This document shows positions 10,043 to 18,704 of a stretch of 64,000 bases of DNA, piece after piece. The first letter of the stretch is position 1, and every line of letters begins with the position of its first letter. The translations under genes and the position numbers were made by a program. The notes beneath the pieces were generated by a model. That model searched no databases and had not been told where the DNA came from. It saw nothing but the letters and a program-made list of their open reading frames with translations. Source of the DNA: Planctomycetota bacterium (GTDB lineage Bacteria; Planctomycetota; GCA-002687715; CAIWVZ01); NCBI GenBank assembly GCA_044222185.1, contig JBGANV010000001.1:1344001-1408000 (forward strand). Direction: 5' to 3'.

Positions 10043-10452
10043 GCGAGCGCTCCGCCGTGCGGGAGCGGCGCCGTGGTGGCACAGCCGTGCGCCCGCGACG
10101 GCAGGAGGTGCGAGTCTTCGATGCCGTGCAGGGCGGCGAGCCATAGCCGGATCGTCTTCTGGACGACGTCGTCTTCGTCGGGAAACTCGGCGCGGAGCAT
10201 GGCGGCCATGAGGTTGACGAGTGGCCCGTCGGGCTCGACGAGGACTCGGGCGAAGTGCTCGCCGTCAGCGTGCTCGAGCACCACGTGACCTCCCCCGCCG
10301 ACCTTGGACTCGAACCGTGCCCTCGCACGGTGTTCGAGCCCGGAGAGGCATACGACGCCCTCGCGGCTCTCGTAGAGAACATTGGCGGTCGCAGGCGTCA
10401 CGTTCATCCCGAGCTGGACGACCCGGAAACACCCGAGGACTGAGTCTGACAT
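10039..10452 (-). CDS. Hypothetical protein coupled to the Nudix gene
   Basis: Protein-like composition; stop overlaps the Nudix start; start uncertain. Confidence 0.55.
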   Translation of the reverse strand: MSDSVLGCFRVVQLGMNVTPATANVLYESREGVVCLSGLEHRARARFESKVGGGGHVVLEHADGEHFARVLVEPDGPLVNLMAAMLRAEFPDEDDVVQKTIRLWLAALHGIEDSHLLPSRAHGCATTAPLPHGGALA

Positions 10453-10517
10453 GGAGGTTGCCCGTTCGGAGTGACACGCACTCGACCCGACGTCACGCTT
10501 CGCTATCATCCGGCCCT

Positions 10518-12380
10518 ATGAAGCCAGGTGCAGCGGTTTTCATCGCGCTTTTTCTCACCGGGGCCGCCGGGGCGCAAGCCGAACGCGTCGTCGCGTTCGT
10601 CGACGGCCGCCGTGATGAGGCCGCGTCGATCGAGGGGCGAAGCACCTGGACGCGCGATCGCGCAAAGGTCGGGATCGGCCTCGCCGGTTGCAGGATCGAA
10701 CCCAACGGCAAGGACCGCTACTTCGGGATCACGCTCTTCGAGATCCCCACGGTCGGTGCGAAATCCCTGGTCGTCGTCGCGTTCCTCGAAGGCGAGACCG
10801 AGAGCTCGTGGCGCCTCCGCATCGACGACGAGAAGTCGAAGGATGCCGGCAAGGATTCGGCAATCGAGTACGTCACACTCAAACCCGGACGGAATGAGAT
10901 CCCGCTCGCGCTCGAGGGCCGCAAGACGGAGGGCGGACGCGCGCTCGACCTGTCGAAGCAAGTGCAGCGGCTGCAGATCTCACGCAAGGCCACTCCCGGC
11001 GACCCGGCGATCGTTTTGGACGGCGTGATCGCGAAGGACCCGGCGAAAGGACCCGGAGGCAAGTCGCTCCTCGCCGAGCTCGCCGGCGAGAAGGACGGCT
11101 CCACGCGCGCCCGCATCCTCCGCGAGCGACTCCCGCAGCTCGTCGCGGATCAGGACGTGGTCGAGGTCGCGACGCACGTCCTCGGTAGTGACGAGTACCC
11201 CCGCGCGCGTCGCGCAGCACGGGAGGCGCTGACGCGCATCAGCAACGCGGCGGCGCTCAAGGCGTTGGCGGAGGCGGCAACGAAGGCGGCGGGCCCGGCC
11301 CGCATCGAGATGCTCTGGGCCCTCGCGGGGTGCCCGTCGACCGACGCTCGAGCGCGCGCGTTCACGCTGGCGCGCGAAGCGAAGTCGGCTGAGGACCGCG
11401 CGGCCCTCATCAACGGCCTGGGGATCGCCGGCGGCTCCGACGTCGCCGGACTCGCCGATGCAGCGCCGGCGAATGGCGTTTGGCCGCCCCGCGCGGCGCT
11501 CGTCCACAGTCTGCGAACGGCGGCCGACCGTACCGCGGTCGATGCCTTGATCGCGATCCTCGCGGATCCGGGGTGTACGCGGATTGCCGACGACGCCGAG
11601 GATGCACTCGTGGCGCTCACTGGCAACGATCTCTTCGGGAGCAACGCGGTCGCCTGGAAGGACTGGTGGGGCGTCAACCGCGAGAAAGTCGAGTTGACTG
11701 GAAAGGGGCGACGCAAGACGTCGTCCTATGCCACCACGACCTTTTACGGCCTCGCGGTCCCCAAGGGTCGCGTCGCGTTCGTCCTCGACACGTCCGGATC
11801 GATGAACGAACCCGTGGGCGGCGGGAAGCTCGCCGAATACATGGCGAGCGCCAAGCACCTGAGCCCCACGGGCATCCGGACGCGGCTCGACCTCGCCGCT
11901 GCGGAGCTCGTCCACGCCGTGCTGGAGATGAAGGAAGGCTCGACCATCGGGGTCGTCGCCTACTCGGCGAACGAGAATTGGATCACGAAGGGCTTCGAGA
12001 AGCTCGAGCCATCGCTGCGGGATCGGATCGCCCAGCGGGTGAAGTCCGAGACTGCGGGACGAAGCACCAACATCTACGCCGGGCTGTATGCCGCATTCCA
12101 CCCGGAAAAGAAGCCGCGGGAAACGGACCTGGTCGATGGGCCCGACACCATCTTCCTGCTCTCGGACGGCAACCCGAGCTCCGGCAAGTTCAAGGACCTG
12201 GAGGAACTTCGCGACGAGGTCCTGGCGTGGAACCTGGGTCGGATGATCCGGATCAACTCCGTCAACGTCGGCAACGCCGACGCGCGGCTGCTCCGCGGGC
12301 TTGCCAACGCGTCCGGTGGTACCTTCCTCGACCTTCAATCCGAACGTCGCGACGACCCGAAGGATCGACCGCGTGACTGA
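10518..12380 (+). CDS. Exported HEAT-repeat / VWA-domain protein
   Basis: Signal peptide MKPGAAVFIALFLTGAAGAQA; HEAT-like helices; MIDAS DTSGS, TNIY, LLSDG. Confidence 0.85.
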   Translation: MKPGAAVFIALFLTGAAGAQAERVVAFVDGRRDEAASIEGRSTWTRDRAKVGIGLAGCRIEPNGKDRYFGITLFEIPTVGAKSLVVVAFLEGETESSWRLRIDDEKSKDAGKDSAIEYVTLKPGRNEIPLALEGRKTEGGRALDLSKQVQRLQISRKATPGDPAIVLDGVIAKDPAKGPGGKSLLAELAGEKDGSTRARILRERLPQLVADQDVVEVATHVLGSDEYPRARRAAREALTRISNAAALKALAEAATKAAGPARIEMLWALAGCPSTDARARAFTLAREAKSAEDRAALINGLGIAGGSDVAGLADAAPANGVWPPRAALVHSLRTAADRTAVDALIAILADPGCTRIADDAEDALVALTGNDLFGSNAVAWKDWWGVNREKVELTGKGRRKTSSYATTTFYGLAVPKGRVAFVLDTSGSMNEPVGGGKLAEYMASAKHLSPTGIRTRLDLAAAELVHAVLEMKEGSTIGVVAYSANENWITKGFEKLEPSLRDRIAQRVKSETAGRSTNIYAGLYAAFHPEKKPRETDLVDGPDTIFLLSDGNPSSGKFKDLEELRDEVLAWNLGRMIRINSVNVGNADARLLRGLANASGGTFLDLQSERRDDPKDRPRD

Positions 12381-12879
12381 CACACCCTCGATTTCGATTC
12401 GCCCCGCGCAGCCCGACGATGCCGGGGCATACTTGATGCTCGTCGAGGCGCTCGCCACCTACGAGAAGCTCGCCCCGCCCAACACGGAGGCGAAGGCCCG
12501 GCTGATCGAGCACCTGTTCGGACCGCGTCCGCTCTACAGCCTGCTGCTCGCGGTCGATCACGGCCGCCCCATCGGATACGCCGCGTACCTGCGGACCTAC
12601 TCGACCTTCCTCGCCCGCCCCACGCTCTACCTCGAGGATTTGTTCGTGCTCCCCGAGTACCGCAGCCATCGCGTGGGTCATCGCCTCTTCCTGACGATCG
12701 CGCGCATCGCGCGCGCCGAGGGGTGTGGCCGCGTCGACTTCCTCGTTCTCAAGTGGAACCAGCTCGCGAAGGACTTCTACGCCCGCCACGGGGTCCGAGA
12801 CCTCGGCGAGGAGTGGTCGCTCCACCGTCTCGAGAACGACGAAATCCGCCGCGTCGCCGAGTCCGACCCGAACGCCTGA
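12373..12879 (+). CDS. GNAT N-acetyltransferase (diamine/polyamine acetyltransferase-like)
   Basis: LATYEK; YSTF...LYLEDLFVLPEYR..RVG; VLKWN..A..FY. Confidence 0.9.
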   Translation: MTDTPSISIRPAQPDDAGAYLMLVEALATYEKLAPPNTEAKARLIEHLFGPRPLYSLLLAVDHGRPIGYAAYLRTYSTFLARPTLYLEDLFVLPEYRSHRVGHRLFLTIARIARAEGCGRVDFLVLKWNQLAKDFYARHGVRDLGEEWSLHRLENDEIRRVAESDPNA

Positions 12880-12882
12880 CCC

Positions 12883-12955
12883 GCCCGCGTAGCCCAATGG
12901 CAGAGGCAGGGGACTTAAAATCCCTCCAGTGTGGGTTCGAGTCCCACCGCGGGCA
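12883..12955 (+). tRNA. tRNA-Leu (anticodon TAA), short variable loop, no encoded CCA
   Basis: Cloverleaf: acceptor GCCCGCG/CGCGGGC plus discriminator A; anticodon arm GGGGA-CTTAAAA-TCCCT; variable CCAGT; T arm GTGGG-TTCGAGT-CCCAC. Confidence 0.93.
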
Positions 12956-13261
12956 TCCGCAAGTCCGCCTGCCGCACCGGGTTTCCGGCCGAAGCGCGGA
13001 ACCTTCCGTTCGAACGGGGACGGTCACGGCGTGAATGCTCCGGGTTCGGTGACGCCGACAGCCGCGCGTTGGGCGTCCGGTTGAGCTCCGGCAGCCGTCG
13101 CCGGTGGCGATGTTCGCGACCGCCGCCGCGGTGTCCGCGATCCGCAGGCCCGAGTGGTGCCGCACCGTGATCTGGACGCTCCCGCCGCTCGTCGAGCTTC
13201 GCCCCGATCCGGCCCAGCGGGCGGACGCCAGTCCTCACTCACCTCTCCCGCTACCCGTCGA

Positions 13262-13447
13262 TCAGGACTTCACCGCGACGCGGCGGAGTTTCATGGTCCC
13301 CACCGCGGCCGAGGTGATCGCAATGGTGGCGTTGAGCACGATCGCCAGCACCTCGTGAGAAGATCTCGAGGCGATGTGCGCCGCGTTCGCCGCCATCATT
13401 CCGGAAACGAAAAACGCGGTCGCGACCGCAAGCATCGATCGGGTCAT
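13262..13447 (-). CDS. Small two-helix membrane protein (61 aa)
   Basis: GGGAGA RBS before ATG; two hydrophobic segments and a basic tail. Confidence 0.55.
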   Translation of the reverse strand: MTRSMLAVATAFFVSGMMAANAAHIASRSSHEVLAIVLNATIAITSAAVGTMKLRRVAVKS

Positions 13448-14510
13448 GTCGATTCTCCCAGCATCACGGGGCGATCAGGTTACCGCCATGGCTCGCGTAT
13501 TCGTCGATCCGCACTGATATGCGGTGACAGGATCTCCAAGACTAGAATTTCCCCGGTCTCGGGCGGGGCCGAGAGGCGACGAGCGGGGAACTTCTCGCCC
13601 GGGCGTGCGCGAAGCCAACCGTGGCGAGAACCGATCGTCGCCGCTTCTTCCCGGCGAGACGTTCGCTCGATGGGTCGTCCCGTTTTTCCGGCGGACTCCC
13701 GTGCGTACGTCTTCGTCCGACAGGTCGGCGACGTGTCCCGATGTCCCGGACGCCCCCGGAGGTCCTGACGTCCCCGGTGCCCCGGAGCCTGGATGCACGA
13801 CGCTGACCCCCATGCGGACACCTGGGACGCGGAGACGTCGGGGACACCACGAGCCGGACCGCTCTCGGGCCACCCCGGAGGGCGGTTCAGCCCCTCGGCG
13901 GACGCGCGCCGGCGCGCCGATTCCGATCGAGCCGTTCACGGACTCCATGGAGTCCGCCGCCTCGGCTCGTGCGCGCACGTGACGAGCCCGGTCGCGAACG
14001 GAGTTTGGTCGCGAGCGCGTGGATCGGCGGCATCCGTGGGTCGTCCGGGTCGTGGGCGGACCCGTTCCAGCCAGCGCTTCGGGGCCCATCGTGGACGACG
14101 AGCCTTTCTCGCGGCGTGGCGTGAGCCGCACAGCACCGCGAAGGTTCCACGCCCGCTGACGCATCCGGCGTCCGTTGCCCTCGATGTCGACGGCCAGCGC
14201 GGCGGCCAGCGGATGTGCGGTCGAGCGGGACGCCCGGGTCAAGACGGGCGCCCATCGACGCCGTCAGCGCCCTCGGACCGCGGTGCGGGCTTGCGATGAG
14301 GGCTGTGCGAGACCTGGTCGGCGGTCGTTCAAGTCTTCCGAAGCCACGCGGCCGGCGCCGGAGACACCGTCGGCTTGCGCCCGAACAGGTTGGCGACGCA
14401 CACCGTTGCGCGGGGGCGTAGGATGACGCCCCGAAGGCGGCCGGTCGACGGTGAGAATCCGCGATCGTCGGGCTGACGAAGTGCAGGCCGGCCGCGGACC
14501 CGACAGCTGC

Positions 14511-15119
14511 ATGGCCGAACCGACAGCATCCCAACCCAACCCGGCGGAGCCTTTACCCGACGAACTGCTGAGGCGCTGGCAGGACGACGGCGACACGGAC
14601 GCCCTGGACGCGCTGCTGCGCACCGAGATCGGTGCGTTGAAAGACCTCATCCGCGCGCGAGGCGGCAACCTCATGAGCGGAAGCGCCGGCGCTTCGGATC
14701 TCGCGCAGGAAGCAGTCCTCAAACTCCTGGAACTGGAGAGCGCCCCGACCTTCACGGATCCGCGCGCGCTTCGCGGCTATCTGTGGACGACGGCCTGGCG
14801 ACTCCTGCTGCAGCGCGTCCGACGGCCCTACCGACGCCGACGACAGATCGACCCCGCGGCGTCGAGCCAACTCCCCGCGGAGTGGATCGTCGACCCCACC
14901 GCGGGCGCCGGCGAAGAGTTCTCCGCGCTCGACCTCGCCATGAACCTGCTCCCGGCCGACGCTCGGGACCTCCTCCATGCAGTGTATTTCGACGGGCGCG
15001 CGGTGAACGAACTCGCGGAGGCCGCCGGCGTGTCGGACTCGGCGATGAAGATGCGGCTGATGCGAGCCCGACGCGCGCTGGCGAGTCGGCTCGCCGCCTG
15101 GGAGGACGCGATCCGATAG
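14511..15119 (+). CDS. ECF RNA polymerase sigma factor
   Basis: GD..A...L; SDLAQEA region 2; region 4 ELAEAAGVSDSAMKMRLMRARRAL; start MAEPTAS. Confidence 0.88.
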   Translation: MAEPTASQPNPAEPLPDELLRRWQDDGDTDALDALLRTEIGALKDLIRARGGNLMSGSAGASDLAQEAVLKLLELESAPTFTDPRALRGYLWTTAWRLLLQRVRRPYRRRRQIDPAASSQLPAEWIVDPTAGAGEEFSALDLAMNLLPADARDLLHAVYFDGRAVNELAEAAGVSDSAMKMRLMRARRALASRLAAWEDAIR

Positions 15120-15159
15120 CTCGATGGGCTGCGCGTGTGCGCGGCCCTGAGGCATCCCG

Positions 15160-18100
15160 TCACCTCGGTCCTCGATTCGAGCGCGGACGTGACTCTGGGG
15201 CGTCCGCATCGCGAATGACGAGGCGGAATCCGCACTCGGGAATGGCGGTCGAGCGCGGAAGTTCGCACTCCTGGGCGAGCGTGCGCTCCTCGGAATGGCT
15301 CCACGACGTTCCGCGGAGCGTGCGCCGCTCGGCATCGACGTTCGTGTCCGACGACGCATCGCACCACTCGAGTACGCTCCCCATCATGTCGAACACGCCG
15401 TAGGGGGATTCGTCGATCGGGTAGCTCATGACGCGATCAGGTGCCATGGCGAGCGTCGCGCGTCCGCCCTTCTGCCAGAGTGCGTGGAACATCCACCCGT
15501 ACGGATGCGGTCGGCCGTCCGCGCCTCGCGCCGCCTTCTCCCATTCGACGTCGGTCGGAAGCGCGAAGTGGATCGGCCGCGACGTCGAGCTCGAACGGGC
15601 CGTCTTCCATCGGGCAAAGGCCGAGGCCTGATCGAACGTCACCGCACTCGCCGGCAGGTCCGCGAGCACGGGATCGATCGACCAGATCCCGTCGGAATTC
15701 CGTCGGAGGTGGTTCCACATCGTCGAGTCTCGAGTCCGAGTCGAGGGCACGTCTTCGCACGGCGTTCTCAGCCCTTCGTCCACTTCGGGGTCGTTGAGGA
15801 ACGAAACGAATTCGCCGATGGTCACCTCCCGCTCCATGATCGCGAAGCCGCCCACGTCGCGACGGGATTCGGCGAGACATCCCGACCCCCTCGCATGGCG
15901 ACGCCCGACGATGGACGTTCCCGCCGGCACGTATCGGAACCCCGGCGGCGTCGTGCCGGCCAGGCGCAACTCGCCGACGACCTCGACTTTCTCGAAGCGT
16001 CGCACGACGAACGGGAACCTCTGAACCTCCCGACCCGGCGCACTCACGACCGCGAGATACGACCCGGGCGCGACGGGGACGGATGCCACCGGCGTCGCGC
16101 CGACCCGGCAGCCGACGGAGACGAAGAGCGGCGTCGCAGTCGTCTGAAAAGTCACGCCTTCGGGCACGTGGATCGTCTTGGAACCGCCCTTGGTCCACGT
16201 CGTCGCGTCGAAGGCGCGGGCTCTCGCGATCTGCGCCGACTTGCCGAAGCGCGCCCCCAACTCCGGCAGCGACCGAGCCATCACATCGAACGTGGACCCG
16301 CTACGCGCGAACGTGAGGACGCGCTCGGGCTTCTCCGTGAGCGGGTTTCTCATGAGATTCCCCAGGTCGGTGACGAATTCGACCTGCCGCCCGTCGACGG
16401 ACGCGAGGACGTCGAACGTCCGCAGCGGCGGCTTCCCGTCGAAAACGACGAGCCGCCGTTCGATCGCGTGGCCATCGATCTCGAGGATCACTTGGAAGGG
16501 GTCCTCCCCGTCGATCGGCTGGCTCGGGCGCAGCGACCAGCTCCCCGGAGGAACGGGCGTTGGCCCACCGTTGACGGGCACGGGAACGACGCGACGTTCG
16601 CCGTCTCGGACCACGTCCGCCTGTTCCTCGTAGCGGAACAGGTGGATTTCGGCGCCGTCGGGTTCGACCGCGAAGGCGACCGAACCCATTCCGGCCATCT
16701 CGGCACGGTGCGCGCCCGCGACGTCGTGCTCCGCGACGAGCCTCTCGAACGTGCGCTGCGCGACGCCATCGTTCCGCGACGACGCTTCACGCCAACGCTC
16801 GAAGTAGACGTCCGCGAGCAGCGCCTGCGGCTCGGGCGAATCCGCCGCGAGAGCGCGCGCGTCGAGTGCCCTGGTGAGTGCGGTATGAAGGTCGGTTTCC
16901 TGCTCGAAGCGAAGGGCACGGACGCGCGCATCGCCTCGCGCGACGACGGCACCTTCGTCCGGCGCGAGGGTTCGTCCCGCCATCTCCTCCCGCAGGCGCA
17001 GGGATTCCTCGGATGCGGCGTCGGCCTCGACGCACAGTTCATGGGCGCGGTCGAGCAGGTGGCGCCCCTCGTCGACGAGCCTTCGGGCACGGTCACGGTT
17101 GCGGGTGACGACGACGCGACCGCGGGACGAGAGCCCCCGCGCGTCGCCCGGGCGCACCCCCAATGCGCGATCCCAGGCCGCAAGCGCGTCGTCGAACTCG
17201 CCGCGCGCCTCGGCTGCGTTCGCATCCGAGACGGCTCGCTCGAAATCCCTCTGATCGACGACCCACCGCGCAACCCACGTCGCGGACGCGACGACGAGGG
17301 CCAGGAGCGCGGCCGCCGTCACGGCGGCAGCCAGCGGCCGACGCCGCGTCCACCGCGTCAACCTCCGCGCCGGCCCCGGGCGGCGGGCGGCGACGTCGCG
17401 GAACTCCAGCAACGCGTCCAGGTCCCGCGCGAATGCGGCGGCGCTCGGATACCGGTGTTCCCGATTGCGTTCGATCGCTTTGAGGATGACCGTCTCGAGA
17501 TTTCGCGGCAGCGCTGGCACGAGGTGGCGCGGGGACTCGGGATGACCCGCGAGCACGCGCGCGAAGACTTCCTCGGTCGAGCGTCCTTCGAACGGCGGGC
17601 GAAGCGTGACGGCCTCGTACAGGGTGACGCCCAGCGAGTACACGTCCGTGCGGCAATCGACCGGCCCCGCGGACGTCCCGATCTGTTCCGGCGACGCGTA
17701 GCGCGGCGATCCGCGGAATGCGCCCTGCTCGGTGAGCGTGCTGTCGGGCCGATCGAGCGCCAGCCCGAAGTCGAGGAGCACCGCCTGCCCGTCCGGCGTG
17801 ACCCGGATGTTCGACGGTTTGACGTCGCGATGAACGATCCCGCCGTCGTGCGCCGCCTGGAGCGCGCGGGCGACGTCGCGACACCACGTCATGATGCGGA
17901 TGAGCGGCGGGCGCGTGGCCGTCCTCTGCGCCTCGGCGATGATCTCGTTCAGGCCTCGACCCTCGACGAACTCCATCGCAAGGTAGTGCACGCCCCGTTC
18001 GCGACCGCTCGAGATGACCTTGACGACGTTGGGGTGACGGAGCCGCGCGAGCGACTGTGCCTCGCGCGCGAGCCGGGCGTCGGCCTCGCTCGACAGCACG

Positions 18101-18438
18101 AGACCGGGGCGTAGGAGCTTCACGGCGACTTGCCGTCGGACGGAGGGTTGCTCGGCCAGGAAGACCATGCCGATGCTTCCCTCGCCGATCCGTCCGATCA
18201 GCCGGAACTCCCCGATCCGATCGAAGGGCAGATCGCGCGGCGAGACGGGCGCGCTCGCGTCCGATGCTCCTCGGGTTCGGCCAAGCGCATCTGCAACGAG
18301 CGACAGCCTGCGTCGTTCGTCGGCGGTGAGGTCCGCGCCGTCCACGCCTGGCGTCTGGGAATCCACCGCTTCGCCGCGCAGGAGCCGGTCGAGGATCTCG
18401 TCGTAGGGCGAGGGTTCGTCGTCTTCGTTCAGGCCCAT
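15160..18438 (-). CDS. Transmembrane Hanks-type Ser/Thr kinase with TPR and C-terminal FGE-sulfatase (SUMF1-like) domain
   Basis: IGEGSIG, VAVK, HRDVKPSN, DFG, SPE; TM helix; LPTDVEWEKAARG.DGR..PYG; SPYGVFDMMGSVLEW; GFRLV. Confidence 0.92.
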   Translation of the reverse strand: MGLNEDDEPSPYDEILDRLLRGEAVDSQTPGVDGADLTADERRRLSLVADALGRTRGASDASAPVSPRDLPFDRIGEFRLIGRIGEGSIGMVFLAEQPSVRRQVAVKLLRPGLVLSSEADARLAREAQSLARLRHPNVVKVISSGRERGVHYLAMEFVEGRGLNEIIAEAQRTATRPPLIRIMTWCRDVARALQAAHDGGIVHRDVKPSNIRVTPDGQAVLLDFGLALDRPDSTLTEQGAFRGSPRYASPEQIGTSAGPVDCRTDVYSLGVTLYEAVTLRPPFEGRSTEEVFARVLAGHPESPRHLVPALPRNLETVILKAIERNREHRYPSAAAFARDLDALLEFRDVAARRPGPARRLTRWTRRRPLAAAVTAAALLALVVASATWVARWVVDQRDFERAVSDANAAEARGEFDDALAAWDRALGVRPGDARGLSSRGRVVVTRNRDRARRLVDEGRHLLDRAHELCVEADAASEESLRLREEMAGRTLAPDEGAVVARGDARVRALRFEQETDLHTALTRALDARALAADSPEPQALLADVYFERWREASSRNDGVAQRTFERLVAEHDVAGAHRAEMAGMGSVAFAVEPDGAEIHLFRYEEQADVVRDGERRVVPVPVNGGPTPVPPGSWSLRPSQPIDGEDPFQVILEIDGHAIERRLVVFDGKPPLRTFDVLASVDGRQVEFVTDLGNLMRNPLTEKPERVLTFARSGSTFDVMARSLPELGARFGKSAQIARARAFDATTWTKGGSKTIHVPEGVTFQTTATPLFVSVGCRVGATPVASVPVAPGSYLAVVSAPGREVQRFPFVVRRFEKVEVVGELRLAGTTPPGFRYVPAGTSIVGRRHARGSGCLAESRRDVGGFAIMEREVTIGEFVSFLNDPEVDEGLRTPCEDVPSTRTRDSTMWNHLRRNSDGIWSIDPVLADLPASAVTFDQASAFARWKTARSSSTSRPIHFALPTDVEWEKAARGADGRPHPYGWMFHALWQKGGRATLAMAPDRVMSYPIDESPYGVFDMMGSVLEWCDASSDTNVDAERRTLRGTSWSHSEERTLAQECELPRSTAIPECGFRLVIRDADAPESRPRSNRGPR

Positions 18439-18704
18439 TCGGACGCCGATCCTATGCGATGAATCCGATTGCGACGCCTGGCTTCAGGCGGGCGGCTGAG
18501 CGAGAGGCGGGGTCGAGATTTTTTCCGTCGAATGTGACCCGATCCGGAGCCGCGCATTTCCACCTCCGAGACGCCCATGCGAGGCCCACCAGACGGGAGG
18601 GCGATCGAGCGGTGCCTCTGCGAGCCTCGCCGGGCCCGCCGATTCCCCTCCTCGGATCGGCGCGGGCCCGTCGCCACGTCGTTTCGAATCACCCGGAGCC
18701 GACC

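Noticed and set aside
8742-10382. 546-aa ORF suggesting a long DksA fusion; similar N-terminal extensions at 2439-3197, 18459-18704, 35480-35827 and 39948-40103
   Set aside because: The extensions are Arg/Pro-rich, overlap other genuine genes or promoter regions, and better starts with RBS or signal peptides exist downstream.
12883-14500. Integrative element or prophage at the tRNA
   Set aside because: No integrase, and I saw no duplicate of the tRNA 3' end in the window.
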